A stretch of 64,000 nt of DNA from the NCBI RefSeq assembly GCF_009914755.1, contig NC_060925.1. One strand, written 5' to 3'. This stretch comes from the human T2T-CHM13v2.0 reference genome, Homo sapiens. Shown one piece after another: positions 1 through 16,820 of this stretch (position 1 is its first letter; each line of letters begins with the position of its first letter). The notes beneath the pieces are model-generated. The model saw nothing but the letters and a program-made list of their open reading frames with translations, did no database searches and was not told the DNA's origin. A program made the translations under genes and the position numbers.

Positions 1-219
1 ACTCTGAATCCTACAAGGCAGGGATGTTCTCATTTTTGCTGAGTCCTTCTACACTCATTTAGGAATACGCAGAAGGGAAGCCAGGAAATCAGGGGAGTTG
101 CCCATTGCTCTAAAGGAAGTAGGTCACAGAGCACTGCTCCCACCCAGTCAGCCAGGGAAAAGAATGGGTGGTGGTGGGTTAACAGCTACAAAGGGAATGA
201 GGGAAAGAAAGGAGGACCT

Positions 220-544
<325 letters not shown>

Positions 545-2159
545 TCACTAGAACAACTCTTAGAGTGACTCAGAAGCCAGCAGAAAATAGCTTGTTCTCC
601 CACATCTGCTTCATTGTCAGGCGATGAGGCACTTCCTCATTGCATACACATAGGCAGAGCGAAAGGGAGGAGGAGGAAATGGGATTTTTCAAGTTCCTTT
701 GCCTGCTCCAGCACCTAACACTCTGTATTTGTAATCATTTCAGACATTTTGTTTCAAGTCAATATTTATTGAGTACCTACTCTGTGCCTGGCCCCTCATT
801 TTAGCTTTCAGATTGTCAGTTTTCAGAACACAAGGCATAATGCCTTTCTGAAGTTCAGTATACCCTGCATCATTACTCCAGATTCACTTACACTGCTATC
901 GAGCACCTTCACTCATAGTCTTGCTATCCTTCATATACAGAGATGACCCTCCCAAGCCTAAAATCAACAGGGGGAGGCATAGAGCTGTCCTTCTGGCTCT
1001 AATGTTTGCTTTACCATCATCCACGCCCATTCTTAGTCCAGCATGTGAGAGCCAGTGTGAAGTGAGCAGAATATGGCATAAGTATGGAGTCATACATCCT
1101 TACTGGAAATTCTTTACCATTTACTAGCTCTATGACTTTATTTGACTTCTCTGAATCTCTATCTTCTCATCTGTAAATTGGACACAATGATGTCTATCCT
1201 ACACTGTAGGATAGATTTCTCATACAGCACTGAAAATGACATCAAATACCATTAAATGAAAGTACATGGCACAGTGATAACATGATAAATACTTGTTTAC
1301 TTCTTTCAGACTATAATCGCACAAACTGATCACATCCCTCAGTCAGACTGTAAACTGCATGAGGCAGGCTGCATCTGCCTTGGGGACTGTCTGCCTAGGC
1401 AAGCACTAGGTCCCTAATGCTGTCTTGCGAATTATAATTGCTAAGTTTAGGGATAATGTATTAAGTGTACTACATTATTTATGCATTATGAATATTCGTC
1501 TCAAATATTTATTATATTGTATTTTAAATAATGTGGTTATTGTAAATGTAACCAGCTGCATCAATCTGTGAGCTGACAGCCATTCTGTGGAAAAGGAATT
1601 CAGAAACTTTGACCTTAGGTAGGGATACAACTAGTTATACATCCACTCCCCTCTCTGAGTTATTTGGTCCTGCCTAAGACTTGCTGCCACCAAGATCTGC
1701 ATTCCTGTGTTCACAAGGCAGACATTCCTTGCATCCTCTGTACTCTCCATTGTTTCAACTTCACTGCAAACACCATTCCCCACAATATAATGAGGCCAAG
1801 GAAAGAAAAAAGTCGCCTCAGCTGGCAAGCATAGGGTGGAAAAACCTGCCACACAAATTTGCAATTATTTGACTTCCGCCTGGAAGGCAGGTCGGCTGGG
1901 TTTATGTCCCCCAAAGTTAGTATCCTCTTCTGTACAAAATGTGGTTGAGAGAAGGGTGATCTCCAGGTGTTTCATCTTTGCACCCTTGCTTCCAGCACCA
2001 CGCCCACAGGCGCTTCCAGAAAAAAGAAAAAAAAAAAGGGAGCAAGGAAGCCAGGTTTTTCAACAACGAATTCATTCTAATGCAGACACCAAAGCCCACT
2101 TCATTTATTAACATTCTGGATAAAATCCCAATCGATTAGGCCACCAGAGCCCTCCATTC

Positions 2160-3180
2160 CTAAACTCCGCGTACAGTCAGGTAAAAGCACGAAGCACTAG
2201 TCACGGTCCTGCCCAGACTTTTCACGCAGAGGTGGAAAGTTGCAGACCCCGAGCCGGGAGGGGCGCGAGCCCACCCTGAAGCCCAGGACCCAGGAGGGCG
2301 CTTCCTCCCGGAAGTGACGCGAGCTCAATCCCGGCCTTGCTCTTCCCAAACAAAAGGGATCTTGGGGCCCCGGGAGGAGCCTGAATGACTTTGGAGAAGC
2401 CCCGCCTCCAGCCGGCGCGGATTGGGGCCGAGGCTGGAGAAGCAAGGAGGCGATTGGCGCTGGTGAATGCCAATGCCCCCGCCGGGCGGCTGAGGGGGCG
2501 GAGCCTCAGCCGCTGTGGATGGGGAGTGGAGGCGGAGGGGAGCGGAGCCCGGAGCGTCGTGGAAAGGTAGGAGCAACTATCCCTGGGGCTTGGTGATGGC
2601 TGGGAGGCCGGGTTCTCAAGAGCAAAGCAAGGATAGGGGCACCGGTAGCCTCCCGCCGCCGTCTCAACGGCCTCTGGGCCCATCCCCTGAGGGGGCGGGG
2701 CCGTCTCCTCCACCTCCCGGTATTCCCCGAGGAGGCGGCTCCTCATCCTCCGAGGGTCCTCACAGCTACTTTTTGTCCCTCGTCGATTCCCAGCTCCTCA
2801 GAAGGGGCTTCCCTCTGACACCCCTCATTCAAAGGCACCTCCCACCCCGCACCTCAGCCTTGGCGGAGAGGACTCACAGGTACCGATTCTCTAGGCTGCC
2901 GCCCCCAACCCCATTTCGTACCCCCGGAAGGCCAAACATCCCTCCCTACACCTGTCCCTGCTCGCCAGGGTGGGACTGGAGCTGCTTTCCTCCGTAAGAT
3001 AAAATTGGTGTTTCCCAAAAAGGAGGGATGGGGCGAAGCAAAAATCAAAGACCGACCTAGACAGCCAGCTTTACGGAGGAAGCGGCTTCTCCCACTTAAG
3101 TTCTTCCCATCCCCCATTCTCTGATGCTCAGTCTTCCTCCCGCAGCCCCTCGCATCCTCTGGCCTCTTGTGAGGAGTCGA
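2160..3180 (+). promoter_or_regulatory. CTTNBP2NL: CpG-island promoter of CTTNBP2NL
   Basis: Only extended GC/CpG-rich non-Alu stretch in an AT-rich window. Contains the overlapping ETS/half-CRE CCGGAAGTGACGC (2308-2320), CCAAT boxes (ATTGG 2421-2425 and 2453-2457, CCAAT 2470-2474), GC boxes (2400-2409, 2495-2504) and no obvious TATA box. Confidence 0.9.
2508..2566 (+). other. CTTNBP2NL: Predicted exon 1 (5' UTR); start approximate
   Basis: Donor AAG|GTAGGA at 2566/2567, just downstream of the CCAAT/GC boxes. Start inferred from an Inr-like CTCAGCC (A at 2508). Confidence 0.7.
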
Positions 3181-4957
3181 GAGCTCTCCTGTTTTGGGAC
3201 TGTTTTGGACTGTGAAAGAGGGAGAACTAGGACCTCCTCTCCTTCACCCTTTGTACCTTCCTTCTACTTTCTGTTCCTTCTGGGAGCACCCAGCCTCTAA
3301 GGGTTTCTTAGGTTTGAATTGCGTTTCATTTTTCCTTTTCCACCCTATTTCCTCCCTGAGAACTTGATGAAAAGCCATCTTATATTTCACAGTGAGGTGG
3401 GTGTGTTGGATATCTGCAGAGCTGGCTTTGTGTGGGCAGGAATGCAGTATATGTTGCTTGACAGTCAATGAATAACACCATGTTTTCAAATGAAACAGTA
3501 TACATAAGTAAATAAGTAGCAGTGGATTAGGAATGAGTATATCCCAGTCTAGGGTGGGCTGGTCCATTGCTCAGGGAGACTGCAGTTAACCTTGAAGGTA
3601 TACTGCAGGTTGAAACAAAAGACAGGAAGTGTTTGAAGAAAATTCAGGGTCAGTCATCTAGGTTTATGATTAATCTAGTCCTATGTCCTTTGGTAACTCT
3701 CTAACCCCTTTTTTATAGTGTCCTCCCCGCCCCCAGGAAACATTCATGTATATTTTGATTGGTTTTACGATCATCTATCAAAATTTAGAGGATGAAAAGT
3801 AAGAACAATTTTTAAATCTCAGAGATAAGAGTAAATAAAGGCAAGGTATTCTAGCTATTCATGTTTACCAAAAAGTGCCTCTTCTAGTGTGCTCCTAAAG
3901 GTTTTGTCAAGTGGTCTTCATTTCAGCAGGTGCAAAGTGTTGATTTTGACCTCATGTTAATGTCGTTGAATCCCCAGTAATCATCTATTGCTAGCGCTTT
4001 TATATATTAAAATTTACCATGTTTTTAGCATAGTTTCTTTTGCTTCCAATCTCAAGTCTACCTCCCCTCTGTCAGCTATAGCCAAAGCTGATGGCAATAA
4101 AATGCAAGGAGTTGGAATCACGGAGGGTGATTGTAATGACTGTTGTCTTTTACCTTCTTGATTAGACTTTCTGAAGGTAGACTTCCTAAAGATAATTACT
4201 TTTGAATAGTTAGGTTTGAAGTTTTCAGAGCCACTCGGTGCTCACAGGTCTTCTCAGTGATTGTTTCCAAATCTCCAGTAAGAAAGTACAAAGAAGAAAC
4301 TGGAGGGTGTCTCTAGCAAACGCAATGTGTGCTGCAATAGAAGGGTAAGACGTGAGCTCCCAGCAATAACAGCAGAAAAAACTAAAAGCAGAACAGAAAA
4401 TCCCAAAAAGATAAGTTGTATTATATCAACAGAGAACAGAAAATAAACTAAGGTAAGAGACTAAGCAAACCAAAGTTGTGATTGCCGAGGTTTAATAGGA
4501 AAAAGCAAATAATATTCTTTTATTATTTAGCACAGTAAGCAAGATCTGTTTGTTACACTTTTGGGTCTTGAAAATCTTTCCTTTAACCTTTTCAACACCT
4601 GTTTGGTCATGCTAGGTGAAGAAAAGCATAGTATGCAGAGGATAGATGTCTGATCTCTCTCCTTGAATTATAAATTCTTTGAGGGCAGATAGTAGTATTT
4701 TTTGTTTTTCATCTTTATATCTTTCACAGTTCCTAGTATATAGTATGACTTCATGAGTGTTTGTTTAACTTAGTTTGAGGCTGTCACCTTAGGGTAGACT
4801 GAAAGGCAATGTACTGATTAGATTTGGCACAATTTGTTAGTATAAACGGCCTACTTGTTGTCTTCATTTAACTTGATTTTCCCCATCTTCTGTCTTATGA
4901 AATTCCAGTGTCTTAAGTGACTAAAATTTTGAATTTCTTATAAAGAAATATCTGTGA

Positions 4958-5140
4958 GGCAGGGTGTGGTGGCTCATCCCTGTAATCCTTGCTACTTGGG
5001 AGGCTGAGGCAGGAGGCTTGCTTGAGCCCAGGTGTTTGAGGTTACAGTGAGCTATGATCATGCCACTGCACTCTCCAGCCTGGGCAGCAGAAAGAGACCC
5101 TGTCTCTTAACAAAAAAAAAAAAAAAAAAAGTTAAAAAAA
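4958..5140 (+). mobile_element. Alu monomer (FRAM/FAM-like)
   Basis: Single Alu arm with A-tail. Confidence 0.8.
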
Positions 5141-5331
5141 TATATATGTAATCTGCTAGTTAGAAAATACTATTTTACTGTCATGAAATTTGAACCAGAC
5201 TTAAGAACGTAATGAGTGCTAATCATTTTAGGATTTTATTGTTCTAAATATCTGACCTGATAGGAATGAAGTGAATTTAGGAGAGATCACTAGGGACTGA
5301 TTGCTGATTTTTGTTCAAGAATAGTTTCTGA

Positions 5332-5634
5332 GGCCAGGCTTGGTGGCTCACATCTGTAAACCCAGCACTTTGGGAAGCTGAGGCGGGTGGATCACGAGGT
5401 CAGGAGTTCGAGACCAGCCTGGCCAACATGATAAAACCCCGTCTTTATCAAAAATGTAAAAAATTAGCTGGATGTGGTGGCATGCACCTGTAATCCTAGC
5501 TACTCAGGAGGCTGAGGCAGCAGAATTGCTTGAACCCAGGAGGCAGAGTTTGCAGTGAGCTGAGATTGCACCACTGCGCCCCGGCCTGGGAAACAAAGCG
5601 AGACTCTGTCTCAAAAAAAAAAAAAAAAAAAAAG
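5332..5634 (+). mobile_element. Alu (AluS-type)
   Basis: Full Alu; TSD aagaatagtttctga on both sides. Confidence 0.93.
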
Positions 5635-6064
5635 AATAGTTTCTGAGTGTTTGGTTTTGACAAGTTATTGATCTACTTTGGGACTTTTAAAATGGATTTT
5701 TAGTTGATTTTGTGTTTTTAAAGTAACACTAAAAATAGGAACGGAGCACAGAACAGCCTTGGGTCCCTAAGTGTAATTATACAGGCTGATTATTGATTGT
5801 GGTGGGCATAATACAATCAGTCTTCTCTGGATTTGTATCTTGGCAGAATCACATTTGCAGTGCTACCAGTTGATTTGCAGCGTAGGATTTGAATTCTTGG
5901 TTTTTCTGAGTGGAGCAGAATGGTGTTTCTTGGGGGTTTCCATCTAACTGGTGTTTGACGTCATGAAGCAGGAAGCAGAGATATGCTTCTAGAGGAAATT
6001 TGTTCAGTCTATGCTGGTTGGCCCCAGGAGTGGCTTATTAGCATGTTTTCTAAAGGCCATTTTA

Positions 6065-6390
<326 letters not shown>

Positions 6391-6608
6391 GTTTCTGAAT
6401 ATTTGCTGCTAATAACTAAAATTTAAATCTTCCAAAGTTCAATTTAAAGCCTTTTAGTGAGAAAATGGCTTACTTATCATGAGCCTGGAGAATGTAATTA
6501 TTTACAACACAGACTTTAAAGGCAAACCTAGGTTCAAATCCCAACTGTGCTACTGTTCACTGTGTGATCCAGGGCAAGAGAAAAATTTTCTGTCTTCACC
6601 GTAGCTCA

Positions 6609-7284
<676 letters not shown>

Positions 7285-8430
7285 GGATTACATGAATATA
7301 CACACATACACGTGCACATATCACAAAGCAAGGTACCCAGGATATAAGAAGCACTTAGTAATTGACAGGTATTATTATTAGCACTTGGCATGTGAGTTAA
7401 AGAATTTAATATTCAACATTATTTTACCCCTTCAGCATTTTAGCAAAGGTGAAGACTTAGTGTTGGATTTTAGTTATTGATTGGTTTTGTTTTAAATTTT
7501 TCAACATATGACTAAGTCCTGAATAGAGGGAAACAAAGCTTGTTTGCATATGTCATGATCTCAAGCATCTGAGCCAAAGATTTTTAGGAGAGTGTGTATC
7601 TGTCTTGGAGTGTGTGTATTTAATAATTTTGTCATGCAGATTATCTTTCTTGAGTTTTTTGGTCCAAGGAAAAAAGAAAGGCAAGGGATTCAGCTAGCCG
7701 ATGTCTTCTTTCTGAATTGTCAGTTGCTCCACTCTAAGCTCTACTATCTTTAAGTAGCATCATCCTGAATGTCATATAAATGGTTTTGTAGATACTGTGA
7801 TTACCGTGCAGAGTTATACCTTCTGTGAAATTTAAGGGACTTTTAATGGTAATTTTGATTAAAAGTGGTTTTTACCTTACTTTTGAAGACAGCCTCCCCC
7901 ACTGTCCTCAAAGTAAGGAGCGATGATAGGAACAACCAAAACTGGAGTGAGAAGAAAACATGGATAGGGGAGTTGAGTAGAGGTGGGGGAACATGAAAGG
8001 CGGGAGTTTGTGGGTTGAAGAAAACAAGACTACAAAGAGGCATTGAACTAGATAATGCAATGCGCTGTAATATGGCTCATCTTTGCCAGTTATTTCCAAA
8101 CTCTGCATTTCAGGTACAGAGCCAGAACTTCCAATCTAAATGTGTCATTTGCTGTTTAATGAATCCTTTCTGACTTCTGGAGCCACAAAGAATATAGTTC
8201 TCAATTGTTACTGAATTTAAAGAATGCAACCCTTAATTGTTACTGAGTTTAATAGAAACAAGAAAGGAAAATAGGAAAGCACAGGATGATGGGGTGGGTC
8301 TACAGACAAAGACTCCTGACCGTGAGCTTCGGGAGCATCTGCGTAGATTCTTTGTGCAAAACTGCTGGGAAAGGCTAGGCTGAAGCTGAAGTGTGCTCTG
8401 GGTCTACTCACCATAGAAAGGTGAGAGCCA

Positions 8431-8725
<295 letters not shown>

Positions 8726-11064
8726 GTGAGAGCCAGGGAAGGAGAACAGAAAGTAGAAGCAGGGATAAATTGTTTTAACACGAGATAAGAATTGTAAGTT
8801 ATAATGGAGAGAAGGATGAAAGATAACTGACAGGTAAGTTATAGGAAAAAGAAAGAAGCACAAACTGGGTTTTTTGTTGGAGAATGGGGGCTCCAGGGAG
8901 GCCCTCATTACTTGGTTTCTGCTAAATAGTCCTTTCTGTTACAGCAGGTGCTACAGAAGTAACAACAGAACCAATCTAGTTCTTAACTGACTTAATGTTT
9001 GAGGGTATAACAATGATCTGGTCTAGCCCTATATATCAGTTTCATCTTGTTGCCTCTTGTCCTTAAATTGAGGGCACAGAATAAATTTCCTTAAAAGGCT
9101 CTATCCCCAAAGACTTCTTCACTTCTAAACCCTTAGCCATCACCACACTAACAGACTCTTAACACGTTCCTCTTGGGGGTCAAATAACTTCTCATTCAGC
9201 CTGTCTCGTATCACAGTCATCATTTCCCCAGTAAACCCAGTTCCATTTCTAACATCCCTGTTTTTGCTAATGGTATCATCATTCTAGTCACCCAGTCTCA
9301 AAACCTCAGCTGATCTGGGATTATTTCCCCTCTTACCTCCCTAAATGAAAATCCGTCATTTACTGTAAGTAAATTCTTAAATAACTAAGTAAATTCTTTT
9401 TAATGTCTCTTTTGTCAGTCTCTTCCATTCTTATTGCTACCATCCTAGTTCATACATTTTTGCCTCATACCTATGCTGTTAAATTTTTTTCCCGACTACT
9501 CTTTCTGTTTCCATTTTCTCTTCAGTCAAGTCAGCCCTGTACTGTAAGCATTAACTTTCCTAAAACTATGCTTTTGTTATGATTTTCACCAGGTTAAAAA
9601 TGTTGAGTGGCTTCCCATTTTCTAAAAGGTAAAGTCCAGTTGTGTTGGCTGAGATTGAAAGTGCTGTACATTTCTTTCCAACCAGCATTTTTTCAGTATC
9701 TGAACCAGACACTGCTAGTGCTAAGTGTGATCAAGTTGAATAGACAGAGTAGTTGTTCAGATGAGTTCAGAGTCTTGTGAGACAGAAGACAGATATGTAA
9801 ACAGATGAATTGATGTAATAGAATGTGATAACTGCTCTTGAATTACGAATGTAGATACATATCCATTATGCATTTAATTTAATGTAAAAAAATAGCTGTG
9901 ATATTTTCAGGAAACCCATTTCTCAGTCATCACAAGTTAAAGTTGTGACTTGATTAAAACCTGTTAAAATTCAGTGGAAGCAAAGGTATGCGTTTACCTG
10001 TATGCTAAAGGCACAAAAAACTAATCTAAGCAGAAGGCTGGCCTTTTCTTTTCCCAAGTATTGTGCAGATACAATTGGCTTGAACATGTCTCTAAACTGA
10101 CTTTCCCAGGAACTGGCCAGGCCATCTCTTTCTTTTTGGTGCAGATCAACCTGCCAGAAGTCAGAAGTAAACTTGTTTTGGTTTGTAAATTAGACACGTG
10201 AATGATAGACAATGATGACCCATTGGAAAAGGAAAACTTCATTATCCTTGCAGATGAAACCAAAAAGTATGCTCTTTAAGGATGAGAAATGAGAAGCTGA
10301 CCAGTCACTAACTCATTTAAACCATGCAGCCTCCTGTTACAGTATGTATTGTTATGTCCATTTTATAGCTAAAAAACTGAAGTTCAAAGGTTAAATGGAT
10401 GAAAGAGCAAGTGGCAGAGCCAGGATGCAAACTCAGCTCTGTCAGATTCCAAAATCCATGTGCTTTCCACTATAACATACTGTCTCCCAGCAGAATTACT
10501 GTCCCTGAAGAACCATAGAACAACAATTGCCAGGCTTGTTGTTGGAAATATTCAACTGATACTCAATTGTTAAATTTTTTTTAAGTCAGTTATCTGTCTT
10601 AGAAGACAAAACAACATCACGAGTTTTATTTCTGCTAGAGGATTATTTGAAGTTTTTTTTGCAGTTCAGATAAAGTCAGGTTATGGGCATCGCTAAAACA
10701 CAGATTCCTTAACTGTTTGATGGTTAATCCTTCATACCATACTCTGGAGTTTCTCCCCAGTGTGGAATCTTAGTGGAATCAATGACGTCATCATCCTACA
10801 TTAGCATTTGAAGGGTTTGCATTCCAGGCTGCCTCTAGAATTGTGGCCCATGAATCATCTTACTGAAAATAATCAATCTACATGTTATTGTTCCCTTGTG
10901 GTATTTTACAAGTTATGGTGGCATTATTTCAGAAAAGCAAAAATTTAGGGGACTGATGGACAGATAGACAATAGAGACGGTCAGATACATATTTGATTGA
11001 AATCATGTTACAATTTCATTTAAATGAAATAAAGCCATCTAACAAATTATATAGAAATGATTCA

Positions 11065-11366
11065 GCCGGGTGCAGTGGCTCACGCCTGTAATTCCAGCAC
11101 TTTGGGAGGCCGAGGTGGGCGGGTCACTTGAGGTCAGGAGTGCCAGACCAGCTTGACCAAAATGGAGGAACCCCGTCTCTACTAAAAATACAAAATTAGC
11201 CAGGCATGGTGGCACAAGCCTGTAATCCCAGCTACTTGGGAGTCTGAGGCAGGGGAATCTCTTGAACCAGGAGGCGGAGGTTGCGGTGAGCCGAGGTTGC
11301 GCCATTGCACTCCAGGCTGGGCAACAAGAGCAAAACTCCATCTCAAAAAAAACAAACAAAAAAAAT
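11065..11366 (+). mobile_element. Alu
   Basis: Full Alu consensus. Confidence 0.92.
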
Positions 11367-11544
11367 GTAATGTTTCAGTTTCCTGGTAATAATATTCTGA
11401 TGTTAAAAGACATATCTTTTTTAAAATGTTCAATGATAAAAAATTTATTAATATAAAAGTTGTTATTCATTTTCATTAACATCCATTCCAGTAGCTTAAC
11501 TAATGTAGTTCTAGTTTGGCCTTGTCTCAGATGAGAATACCTGA

Positions 11545-11875
<331 letters not shown>

Positions 11876-12180
11876 AGACCTGTTTTTAATAGCTTTGCAC
11901 TAATGTTCTCATTTGAGGGAAGAGATATCTGAATGTTTGTTTATGGGCATAAGGCTACTTCCTTCTTTTCTTCAATATACATATAAATCTTGCTGACATC
12001 ATATATGAGAGACAGAGAAAGAGATGTGTACACACACACACTTACACATTCACACATTCACACTCACAGAGAGATATAGCAGAGTTGCATGAGTCTTAGA
12101 ACTAAACAAAACAAAAACCTGATACCTATTATGTTGTCCCAGAAAGCGAATTAAACTGGATCTTAAAAAGACATGTATGC

Positions 12181-12505
<325 letters not shown>

Positions 12506-12659
12506 TCACATTAACAACTCTGGCCTCAGTACTCATCTGTAGAATGAGAGTGCTGAATTAGATTATTGCTGAGGCTCCTTCCAGCTTTGTGAATCGTTGT
12601 TTAGCTGAGGTTTTTCCACCATACAATTCCTAAGGCTGATAAAATGAGAGGATCAGATG

Positions 12660-12960
12660 TAAGCAGTGGTTACCAAGGGAGTCTCTGGAGTCAATTTACC
12701 TGGGTTCACATCCCATTTCTACCACATACTAGCTGTGAGGCTTTGAGCAAGTTTTTTAGCCTCTATGCCTCAGGTTTCTCATCTGTTAAATGAGGAGGAT
12801 GATGATAATGATGAATTTGTTGGGGATGGTTATAGCATATCACCTAAGGTTGTTGTGAAGACTGAATTAGTTAATACCTGTACATGTCAAGTACTTAGAA
12901 CACTGTCTGGCATACATTAATGTTTAGCTCAATAAATGTTTATCTTTTTTTCATTATTAC
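12660..12960 (+). mobile_element. MIR SINE
   Basis: Core-like ctgggttcacatccc...ctcaggtttctcatctgttaaatgagg and 3' cttagaacactgtctggcata...ctcaataaatgt. Confidence 0.75.
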
Positions 12961-13554
12961 TATTATTGTTTAAATTCTTCTTAGAAAACTGCTATAGAAC
13001 TCTGAAGTGGTGGTGATTATTGCTGATAGTATATCATAATTAATTTCTCTATTAAGCATAGATCCAGATAATCTGGTAACCTGGAATCTGCTTTAATGTA
13101 AATAGAGCACTATGTATTTGAATAGAGTACTACAGTGTTATAAATGTTGACCCTAAAAAATACTAGCTTAATTATAGAGCTGATCTCTTGAGGCCTGCTT
13201 CAAAGTCTATGTTGGCAGTATTGAATAAACAAGCATCTTGATCCCTTGGCACCATTGTAATTTCTTTGTAAGTGCACTATTCATATTATATTTCAGGATA
13301 ACTCAAAACATCTTTCCTCGTGGGATCCTGAAATTGATTTTCTCTAAAAATGTTCCCAAACCATTCTGTTTTATATAATGCTGTCTATAATATGGCTGGG
13401 AAAAAACAGACTGATAAGGCAAAATAAGGCATTCTGAGAAATACTGTGTTGTAGTGCTGTCATGGTAAGAGGAAGGCTTAGATCCCCCTTACCTACAATT
13501 CAATTAGATCCAGTTGTTCTAATCATCTGTCAAAGTAGTAAGTGGTTAACATGT

Positions 13555-13925
13555 TGTGTGAGTTTGCTAGGGCTGCTATAACAAAGTACCACAGATGGGG
13601 TGGCTTAAAAAATAGAAATTTATTTTTTCACAATTCTGGAGCCTAGAAGTCTGAGATCAATGTGTGGGCAAGATTGGTTTCTTCTGAGGCGTCTCTCCTT
13701 GGCTTATAAAGATGGCTGTCTTCACATTGTCTTAACTCTGACCCGTCTATATCTCTATTTCCTCTTCTTATAAAACACCAGTCATATTGGATTAGAGCCC
13801 ACCCTAATGACCTCATTTTAACTTAATTATCTCTTTAGAGATCCTGTTTCCAAAATCAGTCACATTTTGAGGTACTGGGGCTTAGGACTTCAACATATGA
13901 ATTTTGGGAGGTACAAGTCAGCCTG
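13555..13925. mobile_element. MLT1-family (ERVL-MaLR) solo LTR
   Basis: tgctagggctgctataacaaagtaccacaga...cagtcacattttgaggtactgggg...ggacttcaacatatgaattttggg resembles MLT1 termini. Confidence 0.8.
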
Positions 13926-14092
13926 TGTTATGTGTATTTAACACATGTATTATAGTAATCCAAATATTCCAGTAATATCTTTCACCTTCATCTGAGAGAA
14001 GCTTGATTTGAGATATATACTGTTTAATATTGGAATTGAATAAAATGAGATCAGTTATTATACCTTGATTTTAGAACTTTTGTAAATAGTAA

Positions 14093-14619
<527 letters not shown>

Positions 14620-15081
14620 AGAAAATTATTTTCTAGTGGCACATTGACATGTTTTACTTCCTAGCCTAACCCTTAAATGCCAAAGAGGAATGAAAGGGAC
14701 CATTTAGAATGTTGTCACTCTTTTATCCCAAATGAATAAATAATCCTTCTGAAAAATTAGAATCTTAAATCTTTTGAGATAGTCAAGGTAGTGTGTCAAC
14801 ACCTTCTACCTCCAATATGAGGTTGTTTTGTATACATTTTAATTTTTTTTTAAGGAGCAACCCTATTAACTGAAGCTTTGAATGCATTTTTTAAAATAGC
14901 AGTGCATTTCTGTTCATATTCAGATTTAGTATTTGTAAATGTGGCAAGTTTCTTTTTTATTATTATTTCATGTATACTGGGTTTTTAAGAAAAGTACATG
15001 ATCTAGTGGCAAACTATCAAAAACACCCATTTCACATGTCCATCTTGGCTCTTTGAGTTTTAAGAATTTACTGGCCTCCTA

Positions 15082-15431
<350 letters not shown>

Positions 15432-16387
15432 TTACATAATTGGAGTCAATTTCCTTTATAACTTTGCTCGCTAATCACTAATCACTTTGCTCACCAATAC
15501 TAAAAACTCACTGAATGACCTTAATCTGAGTCATTTGTAGTCCAAATATAAATTTCTTAAATTTGATAGCTGAGTATAAATTTCTTAAGTTCGATATCTG
15601 AGTATATAATTAAAAAGTGATTTTTATCCAGCGTTGCAAGAATGCTCTCCTAGGTAAAATTACTGATTAAAAAAAATTAGTCCAGTTGATTTATTTAAAT
15701 AGATCTATATAGATTTTTTTGAGGCATTTCTATGTCAGGAGCTATCTAAGCCTCATCTAAAAATGTTGTTTTCCTACCTTATGTGGAAAAACCTACCACC
15801 TGGAAAGAAATAAAGCCTCAGTTCTATGTAGATATGCTCACACCCAGATAATAGACAGACAAACATCTTGCTTGTACTCCACCCTGCCCTGCCCTGTCCT
15901 GCCCTGTCCTACTGCTTACATGGCTATAGAAGCTGTTTAGGGTGTTTCTTTTTCCGCCATTCAGTCTCTATATGGTAAAATGGCAGCAGCAATGCTTGTT
16001 ATCTTATAGAATTAAGTCAGAATTCCAGAGCAGAAACTGGGACTTCTTCAAGAAAGAAGAAGCATAACCGAAACCAGAATAAGTGGAGCTCGGATAGTAT
16101 CCAGAGAGGGGAAAATATCAGAATAAAATGAGCAGAGCCACACCAACATACTTCTAGGCAAAATCAGTACTACAGTTAAGGAGGCACAGTGGGGTAGTTG
16201 GGGGGATGCAGTTTTTGATACCCATAACTTCTGACTGTTGGCACAAGAAAGTTCATCTAGAAAAGACTCATGCTGTCCTGGCTATTGGGCTAAGATTTCA
16301 TGGTGGGATGAAACCTGTGAATACACCAAATGGTATGCTGGGCAGGCTCATTTGAAATCACTTATTGATAACATAAAAATAAGTGTA

Positions 16388-16683
16388 GGCCAGGCACGGA
16401 GGCTCACACCTGTAATCCCAGCACTTTGGGATGCCAAGGCGGGGGGATCACCTGAGGTCAGGAGTTTGAGACCAGCTTGACCAACATGGAGAAACCCCAT
16501 CTCTACTAAAAATATAAAATCAGCTAGGCATGGTGGCGCATGCCTATAATCTCAGCTACTCAGAAGGCTGAGGTGGGAGAATAGCTTGAACCCGGGAGGC
16601 GAAGGCTGCGGTGATCAAGATCGTGCCATTGCACTCCAGCCTGGGCAATGAGAGCGAAACTCCATCTCAAAAAAAAAAAAAAA
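16388..16683 (+). mobile_element. Alu (AluSp-like)
   Basis: Full Alu consensus. Confidence 0.92.
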
Positions 16684-16820
16684 GTGTTATACTTAGCCCT
16701 TAAATGGGTTTATTTTTCCAGGCTATTAAAATATCTTTTTTAAAAATAAATATCTTTATCTTTTTTATTGTATATATTTATATGTGTATTTTTTATTGAG
16801 AAAACTATAAAGCTTAATAT

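Noticed and set aside
2197-2746. Overlapping minus-strand ORFs (82-174 aa) in the CpG island
   Set aside because: Expected from stop-codon scarcity in GC-rich DNA; low-complexity peptides with no recognisable domain.
10082-10112. p53 half-site GAACATGTCT and STAT6-like TTCCCAGGAA
   Set aside because: Isolated short motifs expected by chance; no second p53 half-site.
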